From IMG/VR virus record IMGVR_UViG_3300017440_000001, positions 1 to 64,000 of that record: 64,000 nucleotides of DNA; one strand, written 5' to 3'. The position numbers and the translations under genes are program-made. This document shows, one piece after another, positions 41,296 to 50,936 of this stretch. Under the pieces are notes generated by a model. It was not told the DNA's origin, made no database searches, and saw nothing but the letters and a program-made list of their open reading frames with translations. Position 1 is the first letter of the stretch, and each line of letters begins with the position of its first letter. The stretch is from a virus.

Positions 41296-41686
41296 GGCAA
41301 CGGTTGGCGGTTTCACGAACGTTCCTGAGAAGCTGCTACAAGGCGCACAAAAAGGCATTAAAGACGGAACCCTTTTGCTTCGTCAAGAGGTCGTCTCGCT
41401 GATTGAGAACACCTCTAAGTCAGGCCGCGTCTATGGCAATCATCAGTCTTCGGCTCCAGGAGAGCCTTTCGCTTCAGATACTGGTGAAGCTGTTCGGCAA
41501 ATCGATCTATCATTTAGCGACAACGGCTTGACTGGATACGTTGACTCAAAAGCCGAGTACGGCGCAGCCCTTGAGTTCGGCACAGAGAAGATGGAGGCGC
41601 GTCCGTACATGCGACCTGCTCTCCAGAACAAGAAAGCCGAGATCGAAGCCATCGTGCGAGCCGAACTAACGAAGGCGCTTAAATGA
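41288..41686 (+). CDS. HK97 gp10-like tail-completion/neck protein
   Basis: GEPFASDTGEAV...AEYGAALEFGTEKMEARPYMRPAL is typical of the HK97 gp10 family. Confidence 0.6.
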   Translation: MAKATVGGFTNVPEKLLQGAQKGIKDGTLLLRQEVVSLIENTSKSGRVYGNHQSSAPGEPFASDTGEAVRQIDLSFSDNGLTGYVDSKAEYGAALEFGTEKMEARPYMRPALQNKKAEIEAIVRAELTKALK

Positions 41687-42138
41687 TCGATCTCTCTGCG
41701 AGCATCCGAACCCGTATCTTATCAGTAATGGACATCACAAGCCTTCTGACGAACTATAAAGGCAGTAAGCCCGTCTTTACTCGCCGCCCCGCTCCTTCGG
41801 ATGCGACTTATCCCATCATCATGATTTCCCCAATGGTCGGCGGTGGTATTGATGACGATTTTCTCAAGAGGCAGCGTCGCGAAGTCACGTACGACATAGC
41901 GATCTACGGTCAAAACGATACGGCCGAGAACTATCGCAAAGTCGAAAAGCTAGGCTTTTTGCTCGGCAACCTTTTTCATCGCACCAATCCCCGCGCGTTT
42001 CAAATGCCGTCTGGCTGGAATCTCGTGCGAACGAAGGCTTTCGGTCCCATGTCGGCACCGACTGACGACCAGACGATTGTGGGCCGAATGGTCACTGTCA
42101 ATTTCCTGGTTTCTGAGAATGCGGCTCTTGCCGCTTAA
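41683..42138 (+). CDS. DUF3168-like tail terminator candidate
   Basis: ATGA coupling. Called by N-terminal pattern and position. Confidence 0.4.
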   Translation: MIDLSASIRTRILSVMDITSLLTNYKGSKPVFTRRPAPSDATYPIIMISPMVGGGIDDDFLKRQRREVTYDIAIYGQNDTAENYRKVEKLGFLLGNLFHRTNPRAFQMPSGWNLVRTKAFGPMSAPTDDQTIVGRMVTVNFLVSENAALAA

Positions 42139-42190
42139 CGCCCCATAGTGGGTTTTTCAACTACCGCCATTTATTGGAGAAAAGATCCCT

Positions 42191-42682
42191 ATGGCCGAGA
42201 ATTTCTATACCGCCGCTGGCACTTCCGTAGCAATCGGCACCACGCTTGATATCGACCTTAAGCTGAGCGACAGCGCCATTCTGACGGCGTTTGCTGGCGA
42301 CACCTATACCGAAGTCGAGTTGGTTGAGGACGTTGGCGAGTTCGGTGACGAAGCCACTGCCGTGACCTTTACCGCGCTTAAGGATTCGCGCGTTCGTAAG
42401 GCCAAGGGCTCTCGTGACGCTGGCACGATCGCTCTCGTTTGTGCTCGTCTCCCCGATGATGAGGGGCAGGACAAGCTTCGCGAAGCGGAGAAGTCGCCGC
42501 TCGACTACAACCTTCGCATCACCCTTGACGATCGTTTGACGGATGCTGGTGATCCGACCGTCTATTACATGCGAGTCAAGATCATGTCGCAGCGTACTGC
42601 GGTCGGTTCGGTCGATAACGTCATTCGGACCACGTTTAATCTTGGTATTAACTCGGCCATCTATGAAATCGAGGCCGATTAA
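42191..42682 (+). CDS. major tail tube protein
   Basis: 163 aa. RBS TGGAGAAAAG. Immediately upstream of the chaperone pair and the tape measure gene. Confidence 0.55.
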   Translation: MAENFYTAAGTSVAIGTTLDIDLKLSDSAILTAFAGDTYTEVELVEDVGEFGDEATAVTFTALKDSRVRKAKGSRDAGTIALVCARLPDDEGQDKLREAEKSPLDYNLRITLDDRLTDAGDPTVYYMRVKIMSQRTAVGSVDNVIRTTFNLGINSAIYEIEAD

Positions 42683-42685
42683 CAC

Positions 42686-42714
42686 TTGACTTTTTGAACT
42701 TTCTGTGGTATAAA
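42686..42714 (+). promoter_or_regulatory. sigma70-like promoter TTGACT-N17-TATAAA
   Basis: Followed by the palindrome CCTGCGCGCGCAGG at 42729-42742. Confidence 0.45.
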
Positions 42715-42807
42715 GAAGTTCAACTTATCCTGCGCGCGCAGGCGGGCGGGGCTGGTGTCGGGTCAGCTTCGCCTACTCCCGATAACCCGGCAAAGAAAGA
42801 ACCCGAT

Positions 42808-43182
42808 ATGGCTGAGAGCACTTCCTATACTGACGGCATCATCGACATCGAGCTTGATGGCAAGCCCTATGAATTGATTGCCTCCGCAAAGGCTATGCGT
42901 GATATCAACGCAGCTTTCGGCGGCATGGCGCGGGCCTATGCCGCCCTTCAGGACGTGAACACCGATAGCATTCAGACGATCCTTCGCGCTGGTCTTTCCC
43001 GCAAGGATGCAGATAGCCTCGAAGACAAGATTTTCAAGACCGGCCCACAGAACCTCGTGCTTCCTGCAATGCAGTTCGTTCTGATGGTCAACAACGGCGG
43101 ACGCCACCCGGATAACGTCGTGGAGGAAAAAGAAGCCGAGACCCGCCCTACGACAAAAAAGGCAAAAGCGAACCAAGATTAA
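42808..43182 (+). CDS. tail assembly chaperone G
   Basis: Lies upstream of the tape measure gene. Contains a slippery heptamer near its 3' end. Confidence 0.7.
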   Translation: MAESTSYTDGIIDIELDGKPYELIASAKAMRDINAAFGGMARAYAALQDVNTDSIQTILRAGLSRKDADSLEDKIFKTGPQNLVLPAMQFVLMVNNGGRHPDNVVEEKEAETRPTTKKAKANQD

Positions 43183-43466
43183 CGGTTGATGAATGGCTTG
43201 TAGAATGGCTGCAAGCCATGGTTCAAGCCTTGCCCGCTTGGCGGTTTAAAGACATTGAGCGTCTTCCCATGCCTCATGTCGAGTTGGCCGCTGAGGCGGC
43301 GAACAAGCGCTATGACGAGATGAACAAATTCCAAGCGGCCTTACATGGCGTGAAATGGGAAGAGCCTAAGAAACCACTTTCGTCTAATTCTGTCAAGGCA
43401 GTTCTTGCGAACATGCCCAAGGGCATTAAGAAGGTCAAGAAAGCGGATTTAAAGAAAAGCGATTAG
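42808..43466 (+). CDS. tail assembly chaperone GT fusion via -1 frameshift
   Basis: Slipping at A_AAA_AAG (43155-43161) joins the G frame to the frame of ORF 43218-43466 with no intervening stop (..KKGKSEPRLTVDEWLVEWLQAMVQALPAW..). Confidence 0.65.
43155..43161 (+). promoter_or_regulatory. programmed -1 ribosomal frameshift heptamer A_AAA_AAG
   Basis: Zero-frame codons are ACA AAA AAG. This is the canonical X_XXY_YYZ pattern. Confidence 0.7.
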
Positions 43467-43470
43467 TCGC

Positions 43471-43499
43471 TTGACATCCATCAAAAGGGCGGCTATCTG
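43471..43499 (+). promoter_or_regulatory. sigma70-like promoter TTGACA-N17-TATCTG
   Basis: Good -35, weak -10. Upstream of the secreted-protein gene. Confidence 0.4.
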
Positions 43500-43532
43500 C
43501 TTTTCATCGAAACCGATCCATAGGAGATCACG

Positions 43533-43832
43533 ATGATGAAGACAGGTGCCGCCCTTTTTCTTTGCCTTGCGATGGCTACGCCCGCGAGCGCTTCTGATCC
43601 AGAGGCTTGCCGTCAAATTATGGGGCCTGCCGCAGAGGCTAATAATGCCCTTATCGGAATCAACGAAGGCTTGAATACGATCCCTTTTGATCTTTTCAAT
43701 ACCATCCTTCTTGATCAAGATAAACACCTTTCTCAAGAGCTTGCTTATGAGCAGGAACGCTTGAGTCAAGCAATCAATCAGTTTGTCGAAAAGCAGACCT
43801 CGCTTCTCCGAGCGTTGGATCGCTGCCAATGA
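43533..43832 (+). CDS. secreted small protein (signal peptide), moron-like
   Basis: RBS AGGAG. MMKTGAALFLCLAMATPASA/SD looks like a Sec signal with an AxA cleavage site. Inserted between the chaperone and tape measure genes. Confidence 0.6.
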   Translation: MMKTGAALFLCLAMATPASASDPEACRQIMGPAAEANNALIGINEGLNTIPFDLFNTILLDQDKHLSQELAYEQERLSQAINQFVEKQTSLLRALDRCQ

Positions 43833-43845
43833 TTTAGGATTTTAA

Positions 43846-46800
43846 ATGTCGAATACCACTGGCGACCTTAAACTAGAGATTTCCGTCAATGCGGATTCGG
43901 CAAATAAAGCCCTTAATAATCTTGAAAAAGATGCTAAAAGCGCGGGTTCAACCGCGTCTGTAAGCCTCGGGAAAATTGAGGATCTTCTTGAAAAGATCAA
44001 TGCCGCAGCGCAGGCAACGGCTGGTTCTCTCAGCAAGCCGTTTTCTCAGGCAAATCCTGAGATCGAAAAATATCGTCTTAGTATGGTCAGGCTTGAGAAG
44101 CAAGTGGCTTCTCTTCAGGACCAGCTAGATAAGCTTGCAAAGACTCCAGCCCCAAAAGCGCCTACTGGCCCCGATCTTAACGAAATGCGGGCTAAGTGGA
44201 ATCCGCTTTTTGCGATTGGTGACAAATATAAAGCTCAGCTAGCTGAAATTGCAGTTGCTGAAAAGGCAGGCGCTCTTTCAGCTTTTGAAGCTGCTGATGC
44301 CCGTCAACGAGCTTCTGTAATGGCAACAACGCAAATGAATGCGTTGAACAAGCTTGATGGAGCAATGTCTGCGGTTAATAAATCGACTGCATTGACATCT
44401 AATCAGCTTCTTAACTTTTCTCGCCAAGGCAATGATCTTATCACGATGCTTGCCATGGGTGCTTCTCCCATGCAGGCGTTTGCCTCGCAGGCAGGTCAGA
44501 TTTACGGAGCCCTTGAAGAAGGGCCTGCGGGACTAAAGGGGTCTCTCTCCGCTCTTAAGGGTTACGCAGCTTCTGCCGCTGCTGCCATTGGCCCTATTGG
44601 CCTTACGGCTATTGCTGCCTCAGCAGGCATCGCCGCTCTAACTTCTTTGGTTACAAAAAGTTTCCCTGATGCGACAAAAACGGTCAAAGATCATGAAGAA
44701 ATCCTTAAACGCGTAGCCGCTCAGTATAACGAAGTGACTGATCGCGTTAAGGCTCTCAAAACCGAAAGTCGAGACGCGATCAACGTTGACCTTGATGTCA
44801 ACACAAAAGATCTAAACCGAATTCTACAAGGCCAGCTTGAACAGATCAAGCGGGACGGGCTCGGTGCGACCCAAATTTCTGGTGCATCCCTCTTTGCGCC
44901 TATTCAAACTTTTGTCGATAAATTTTCTTCCGATCTTCGAAATGGTAAAGTTGAAGTTACTTCTTACCGCGAGGAAGCGCAAGCACTTTATAATCAAGTT
45001 GGAACGACAGAACCTATGAAGCAAGCCATTACTGGCTTTCTTCGAATGACAAGTGGGGCGGCAAGCACTGAAACTCAGTTAAAGTCTCTTGGTGTTGCGT
45101 CAAATACCATGAGTGCTGAATTTCAAATGATGGCGGCGCGGGCTGAAGAGGCTACTAGCCGCTTCTCCACTTTTTATGCTCTTATTCCGCAAACCAAAAC
45201 TGCATATGAACAACTTACAGAATCTTACCGCAAGTTCATTGATGCTAATGAAGGAATGCAAGGGCCAATCAATCCAAAGCAGATTGCGGGTTATAACGCC
45301 GCAATAACTGAATTGGGGCGCGAGGCTATTGCGGAACAAGCAAGAACTGCAAATGAATTGCAGAACGCTTCGCTGAGTCAGCTTGATTCTACCATCGCAG
45401 AAATCAACCAGCGCCGTGATGAAGAGATCAAAAGGTATCGTGCAACTCAGGGTGATCCTGGCGGTTTGGCGGCTCTTGAAGCTTCTCGCCAGAACGAGAT
45501 AGCTCTTGCTAAGACGGAACACACAAAAGCTCAAAAGCAGCTTACGGATGCGTATCAAGTTGATCTAGCTTCAATCACGGCTCGCACACCTGCTCAAAAG
45601 GCTGAAAACGCCGCGCTTCGGGAACGTATTTCTTTGACGGCTCAAGGCATTCAAGGTGCTGAGCTTGAAGAGAGGGTTAGGCGTGCCCGAAATCTTGCAA
45701 TTACCGACGCTAATTATGCGATTAGTGAAAGCACGCGAACACGCATAGAAGCAAGCCAACGCTCTGTCGAGCAACAGCAGTTTGAATTGACGCTCGTTGG
45801 GAAAAGCGTTGGCGAAGTTGCGGCTTTGCGTGCTGAATATCAGCTTATTACTGCGGCAAAGCAAGCTGCGGCTGACGCGGGTTCTGTGGTTTCTCAAGAC
45901 GAAATCGACACTTACAAGACTCAAGCCGCTGCCATCGGTGAGACGACTAAACAGATTCAGCTCCTTAATTTTGAGCGTGATCTTGCTTTTAAGTCTAGTA
46001 TTGCTGGTTTGCCTGATATTGAGCAGCAAATTCGCACTCAGCTTCGCGATCTCGACGTTGCTTATGATTCTGCTGATGGCAAGCGCATTTCGGCTCAGCT
46101 TCGTTACAACGAACGGTTAGAAGATGGCAAGAAAACCCTTATTGATTTTAAGGATCTCGGTGAATCCGCTTTTGATGTACTAACGGATAGTATCAAAGAC
46201 GGTGAATCCGCTCTTGGCGGTCTGATGAATATGTTTAGCAAGTTGGCGAATCAGCTTGCAAGCCAAGCCTTTGGTAAGCTTTTTGGAGGTCTCTTCAACC
46301 CTGGTCAGCCAACAGGAATTGGCTCGCAATCCAATAGTGCGGCTTCTGTTGTAACCGCCATTGGAAATACGGTCGGCGGCGCGAGTAGCGCTAGCACGTA
46401 TGGTACGGCTCCTGTTGGAGCCGTTACACGAGCGCCTTTAGGCCCAATAGGCTCTAGCTCTTCGGCTGCAATCTCTGAAAAACTCGCAACAACGGTAACA
46501 GCAAACGTTTCAGACAATCTTCTGAAATCGATGCTTGGTGCGGGAAAAAGCCAATCGCATCTGAACGGGCTGAATAAAAGCTTTTCTAGTGCACTTGAAA
46601 CTATGTTTCAAGCAGCCCCAAAAGCTGTGCAGGCTTCAATCTCTATTAACTCTGGCTTCCGGTCCGTAGAGCGTCAGAGCGAACTTTTCCAAGCGGCCTT
46701 GAAGAAATACGGTTCCGTTGCAGCGGCCCGTAAGTGGGTTGCTCCTCCTGGTAAATCTAATCATAACGCCGGCATGGCTGCTGATCTTGGTTATGGCTCA

Positions 46801-49389
46801 GTGGATGCAAAGAAGTGGGTTCACGATAATGCTGGTAAATACGGTCTTGCTTTTCCGCTAGGGAATGAGGACTGGCACATTGAACTTGCAAGCGCTCGGG
46901 GTAAGGGATCTAGCGAAGCTATCACTAAGCAAGCCGTCTCTTCTGGCGTTATCGACGCTCAGAAGAAGATTGCCACTGGGCAAGCCGGCGTCTCTAGCGG
47001 CTCGACTGGTTCCGATCCTTGGGCTGGTTCCGATCCTTGGGCTGGTTTGCGCGGCGGAACTTCTGGAGCAAAAACCGGCTCGACTTCTGGCGGCGGTCTC
47101 TTCGGCGGCATGAATGGCATGACGGGCGCTGGCTCCATTCTCGGAGTTCAGTATCCGGCCTTTTCTGCTATGGGCGGTATCTCTGCGGGACTTGGAGGTT
47201 TCGGCTCCGGTTATTCTTCCGGCTCTCCTGTCTCAGGTGCCCTCACAGGCGGCTTGAGCGGCTTTATGGCCGGTGGGCCTGTCGGTGGCATTATCGGTCT
47301 TGGAGCCGGCATCCTTGGCGGCGTGTTGGGCGGTCGCGCTCAGCGCAAGGCAGCGCATCAGGAAGCCGCTAAGAAGTGGGAGGAAATGCGCCCCGCGTAT
47401 GAGGCATTCGACCAATCGCTTTCGGGCGAAGGGGTTGGAAACCTGCGCTCTTCGATTGGCGATATGTGGAGCCAGCTTTCGTCTTTCATGGAGACGGGCG
47501 GTGCTGCGTGGAAAATGGGCAAGGGCAATAGTTCGGCCCAATTTGCTTCCACTGGTACAAAGATGTTCGCCAAGTGGCAATCGGAAATCAACGAGTTCCG
47601 TGACGGCTTCTCCTATATGTTGGAGGATCTGACGGGCGGACAAGGGCTTGAAGGCGCATTCGCCAAGGGCCGTTCTCAGGTTAAGGTTCTTGACGAACAA
47701 GTCAAGGGCTTCATTGATGACGTTGAAGTCGCTTTTGGCTCTAACGATATCGGCATTCCGACTTCTGCCGCATATGACCAGATGTCGAAAGACACTGAGG
47801 CCATGCGTCTTGAGCAAGTCGCTAAGGCTAAGAAGGCTGCTGGCGAATATGCGCTGACGATGCTCTATAGCGCTGAAACGACCACGGACATGCAGAACAC
47901 CCTTGACAGTTTCAAGGGAACGGCTGCGGGTCTTCAGCCGGTTCTTGAGCGTCTTGGTTGGTCGGCGGAAGAAGCTTCTAAGGCGATTTCCGAACGGCTC
48001 AATCAAGCCATTACCAATCTTAGCAAGGAGTTCGTGGAAGGGTTCGAAGCGCAGATCAACGATCTGAAGGGTGTTGGCTATTTCAACGATATCAAAGATC
48101 TCTTTGAATCGCGCGATACTAGCCTTTCAGATGCAGCCCTTCTCGGTGTTGATCCGAAGGTTGTTACGGAATGGTTCAACCTCGCGGCTCAGAACGTTGT
48201 CGATGGCGCGGAGCTTACAGGCGATGCTTTCAATGAGCTAGTCAAAAAGTTTCCAGAACTGAGCGGCGTTGTCAAAGAGTTTGTGACGGTTACGGAAGAA
48301 GCAAAGATCACCACCGAGCAAGTAACCGAAGCTTATAAATCATTCCTTGACGGGCGGCTTTCTCAGGCGATTTCTGATCGTGCATCGGCTGAAGGCGATT
48401 TGCGTTCCGCTTATGAGGAAAGCTCAAATCATCTTGAAAACTTTTCGAAGCAAGTCAAGGATTTTTTGACAGGCCTTCGTCTCGGTGACACGTCTCCGCT
48501 TTCGGGTCAGGAGAAGGTTCTTGAGGCACAGCGCATCTTCCGCGAGACGCAATCCAAGGCCTTGAGCGGTGACAAGACGGCGCAAGAAGAACTTGTCAGT
48601 GTTAGCCAAGATTATCTCGACGCTTCGCGTGAGTATTACGCCTCTTCGGATGCCTATTTTGCCTCGTTCAATGAGGTTGAAGCGGCGCTGAAGTCGGCGG
48701 ACACAAAGGCAACGACGCAGCTTGACCAGCTTAAGGCCCAGGTTTCTTCGCTGATCAGCATTGATACTGGCGTCAAGAATGTTGCGGATGCGATTGCGGC
48801 CTTGCAAAAGGCAATCGAGGCGCAGAACAAGCTTCAGGGTCTTGTCGATGGTAATCGCAGCTTTGGCCTTAACCCTGAGCGCAATCGTTTAATCGATGCT
48901 GGTGTCAAGTCGCTAGGGCTCAATTATACCGGCAATTATGGCCTGACGAATGGCGTTGATCAGTTCTTGGCTTGGCGTCAAGCTTTGCCGGCTGAACAGC
49001 TTGCGGCGGTTAATGGTGTCATCAACCAATACATTGGCATCAACCGTCAGAATGGCGGTCCTATCCCCAAGGCTTATGCCATGGGCGGAACAATCATGAA
49101 TGGTCAGTACAATCGCGATAGCGTCATGGCCAAACTGGCAGGCGGTGAGCATATCACACGAGCGCCTTCGAACAATACGAAGACGCAAGGGATGCTTGAC
49201 TATATCAATCGAACCGGAACACTTCCAAGCTCGAATGATAATTCGCGAATGGATGGTGTAGAGCGACGCCTTGATACCGTCATCAGAACTTTGGCTTTCG
49301 GCTTCAACACGAGCGTTGGGGCTATCGAGCAAGGCAACATGATTGCGGCCAGTCAGACAGAAACAGCAAAGTTGATGAACTCCCGATGA
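43846..49389 (+). CDS. tape measure protein with embedded M15 (VanY-like) peptidoglycan peptidase domain
   Basis: 1847 aa with coiled-coil and Gly-rich segments. SINSGFRSVERQ...SNHNAGMAADLG...EDWHIE is the LAS zinc-peptidase signature (about 46560-46890). Confidence 0.9.
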   Translation: MSNTTGDLKLEISVNADSANKALNNLEKDAKSAGSTASVSLGKIEDLLEKINAAAQATAGSLSKPFSQANPEIEKYRLSMVRLEKQVASLQDQLDKLAKTPAPKAPTGPDLNEMRAKWNPLFAIGDKYKAQLAEIAVAEKAGALSAFEAADARQRASVMATTQMNALNKLDGAMSAVNKSTALTSNQLLNFSRQGNDLITMLAMGASPMQAFASQAGQIYGALEEGPAGLKGSLSALKGYAASAAAAIGPIGLTAIAASAGIAALTSLVTKSFPDATKTVKDHEEILKRVAAQYNEVTDRVKALKTESRDAINVDLDVNTKDLNRILQGQLEQIKRDGLGATQISGASLFAPIQTFVDKFSSDLRNGKVEVTSYREEAQALYNQVGTTEPMKQAITGFLRMTSGAASTETQLKSLGVASNTMSAEFQMMAARAEEATSRFSTFYALIPQTKTAYEQLTESYRKFIDANEGMQGPINPKQIAGYNAAITELGREAIAEQARTANELQNASLSQLDSTIAEINQRRDEEIKRYRATQGDPGGLAALEASRQNEIALAKTEHTKAQKQLTDAYQVDLASITARTPAQKAENAALRERISLTAQGIQGAELEERVRRARNLAITDANYAISESTRTRIEASQRSVEQQQFELTLVGKSVGEVAALRAEYQLITAAKQAAADAGSVVSQDEIDTYKTQAAAIGETTKQIQLLNFERDLAFKSSIAGLPDIEQQIRTQLRDLDVAYDSADGKRISAQLRYNERLEDGKKTLIDFKDLGESAFDVLTDSIKDGESALGGLMNMFSKLANQLASQAFGKLFGGLFNPGQPTGIGSQSNSAASVVTAIGNTVGGASSASTYGTAPVGAVTRAPLGPIGSSSSAAISEKLATTVTANVSDNLLKSMLGAGKSQSHLNGLNKSFSSALETMFQAAPKAVQASISINSGFRSVERQSELFQAALKKYGSVAAARKWVAPPGKSNHNAGMAADLGYGSVDAKKWVHDNAGKYGLAFPLGNEDWHIELASARGKGSSEAITKQAVSSGVIDAQKKIATGQAGVSSGSTGSDPWAGSDPWAGLRGGTSGAKTGSTSGGGLFGGMNGMTGAGSILGVQYPAFSAMGGISAGLGGFGSGYSSGSPVSGALTGGLSGFMAGGPVGGIIGLGAGILGGVLGGRAQRKAAHQEAAKKWEEMRPAYEAFDQSLSGEGVGNLRSSIGDMWSQLSSFMETGGAAWKMGKGNSSAQFASTGTKMFAKWQSEINEFRDGFSYMLEDLTGGQGLEGAFAKGRSQVKVLDEQVKGFIDDVEVAFGSNDIGIPTSAAYDQMSKDTEAMRLEQVAKAKKAAGEYALTMLYSAETTTDMQNTLDSFKGTAAGLQPVLERLGWSAEEASKAISERLNQAITNLSKEFVEGFEAQINDLKGVGYFNDIKDLFESRDTSLSDAALLGVDPKVVTEWFNLAAQNVVDGAELTGDAFNELVKKFPELSGVVKEFVTVTEEAKITTEQVTEAYKSFLDGRLSQAISDRASAEGDLRSAYEESSNHLENFSKQVKDFLTGLRLGDTSPLSGQEKVLEAQRIFRETQSKALSGDKTAQEELVSVSQDYLDASREYYASSDAYFASFNEVEAALKSADTKATTQLDQLKAQVSSLISIDTGVKNVADAIAALQKAIEAQNKLQGLVDGNRSFGLNPERNRLIDAGVKSLGLNYTGNYGLTNGVDQFLAWRQALPAEQLAAVNGVINQYIGINRQNGGPIPKAYAMGGTIMNGQYNRDSVMAKLAGGEHITRAPSNNTKTQGMLDYINRTGTLPSSNDNSRMDGVERRLDTVIRTLAFGFNTSVGAIEQGNMIAASQTETAKLMNSR

Positions 49390-50933
49390 TCTACCTTGTT
49401 GAAATCGACACATACGATCTAAGAACCAACACGATTGAAAAGCGACGTTTTGGAACGGCAGGGTTTAACACTCTGCCGTCAGATACACCTGCGAACATCT
49501 ATTTCGAGGAGCGGTTAACGCAGCCTGGAAATTATGAGCGGTACGCTTTCGCCAATGGGACAACCTCTGGCGAAAGCGACGTTTCATTCGGCTTCATCGA
49601 ACTAGCAAATGCGGATGGCGGTCTCGACTACCTCAACGAGGTCGCCGTTGATGGTCGTGAACTCAAGATTTATGGCCTTGAAAGCCGTATGTCTTCGTGG
49701 TCATCTCGGCAGCTTTTGTTCATCGGTACAATGGAGCAAGTCGAACTTTCTTGGACGACTGTCTCTATTCGAATTAAAGATCGTCTCTTCGAGCTTCGCA
49801 AAAATATTCAGGATAATCTTTATCTTGGAACAACAACGGCAGGCGGTCAAAACACAGCGGAAGGAACGGCTGACGATATCAAAGATCGACCCAAGCCTTT
49901 CCTATTTGGCAAAGCACTGAACTTTGCACCTATTCTTGTAAATCGCTTTGATCGCATTTATCAAGTCAATGACGGCGCAATAAACGCAGGAATTATTGTC
50001 CGTGACGTTGGCGTGCCCTTGACTTTTGCTGCAAATTATGATACAATAGCACAATTAAGATCCGCTACAATTGCTGGTGGTAGTTTCGCCACGGCTAGGG
50101 CGTTAGGTCTTTTTCGTATCGGCGCGAATCCTCAGGGTGACATCACAGTTGATTCTTCTGAAGGTGCTGACGGTTCCCGTTCGGCTCCACGCACTATTCA
50201 GCGGCTCTTGCTTGGCTTTGGGCTGACAACGGACGACTTCTCCGTTGCAGATCTAGAGGCTCTTCATGCTTTGAATCCAGCGGAAGTTGGCCTCTGGACT
50301 GGTGCTGAGACGTACGAGACGCTTTCAATCGTTTCTCAGCTTCTAGATAGCATTGGTGCGACGTGCGTTCCAGACCGTCTTGGCGTTTTACGTTTCTTTA
50401 GACTGGACATTCCTACGGGTCAAGCGGTTGCGACATTTGATCGCTCAATCATCCTTGATCAAGGAAACGGCATCGAACGCCTAGCGACGAATGATGACGG
50501 GCGTGGCGTTCCCGCTAAAAAAGTCACGATCAAATACGCATATAACTACACGATCCAAACGGGCGTCAATCTTGCAGGTTCAACAACCGATGCTCAGAAA
50601 GCTTTTGCTAAAGAGCAATGGCGAACGGCAGTCGCAGAAGACGCAACGGTCGTAACCAAGTTTCTCCTAGCGCCTGAACTAGAATTCGAAACAATGCTTG
50701 TCAACTTAGCTGACGCTCAAGCAGAAGCCAATCGTCGCCTTGACATCTATAAGGTGCGACGAGACCGCTACCGTATTCCCATCAAGACAGACTACGTTTC
50801 GAATATTGATCTTGGCTCCGTCATTAGCCTGAGCATCAATCGCTTCGGGCTAAGCGCTGGCAAGAAATTTCTTGTTATCGGAATCAACGAAAATTATCGG
50901 ACAGGCATCACAACGCTTGACGTATTTGGATAA
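49386..50933 (+). CDS. distal tail / tail-tip protein
   Basis: ATGA coupling to the tape measure gene. Called by position. Confidence 0.5.
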   Translation: MIYLVEIDTYDLRTNTIEKRRFGTAGFNTLPSDTPANIYFEERLTQPGNYERYAFANGTTSGESDVSFGFIELANADGGLDYLNEVAVDGRELKIYGLESRMSSWSSRQLLFIGTMEQVELSWTTVSIRIKDRLFELRKNIQDNLYLGTTTAGGQNTAEGTADDIKDRPKPFLFGKALNFAPILVNRFDRIYQVNDGAINAGIIVRDVGVPLTFAANYDTIAQLRSATIAGGSFATARALGLFRIGANPQGDITVDSSEGADGSRSAPRTIQRLLLGFGLTTDDFSVADLEALHALNPAEVGLWTGAETYETLSIVSQLLDSIGATCVPDRLGVLRFFRLDIPTGQAVATFDRSIILDQGNGIERLATNDDGRGVPAKKVTIKYAYNYTIQTGVNLAGSTTDAQKAFAKEQWRTAVAEDATVVTKFLLAPELEFETMLVNLADAQAEANRRLDIYKVRRDRYRIPIKTDYVSNIDLGSVISLSINRFGLSAGKKFLVIGINENYRTGITTLDVFG

Positions 50934-50936
50934 GCC

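Noticed and set aside
42729-42742. Perfect 14-bp palindrome CCTGCGCGCGCAGG in the chaperone leader as a regulatory operator
   Set aside because: It is a single occurrence in GC-rich leader sequence and could equally be a small RNA hairpin. There is no second site or associated regulator to support a call.
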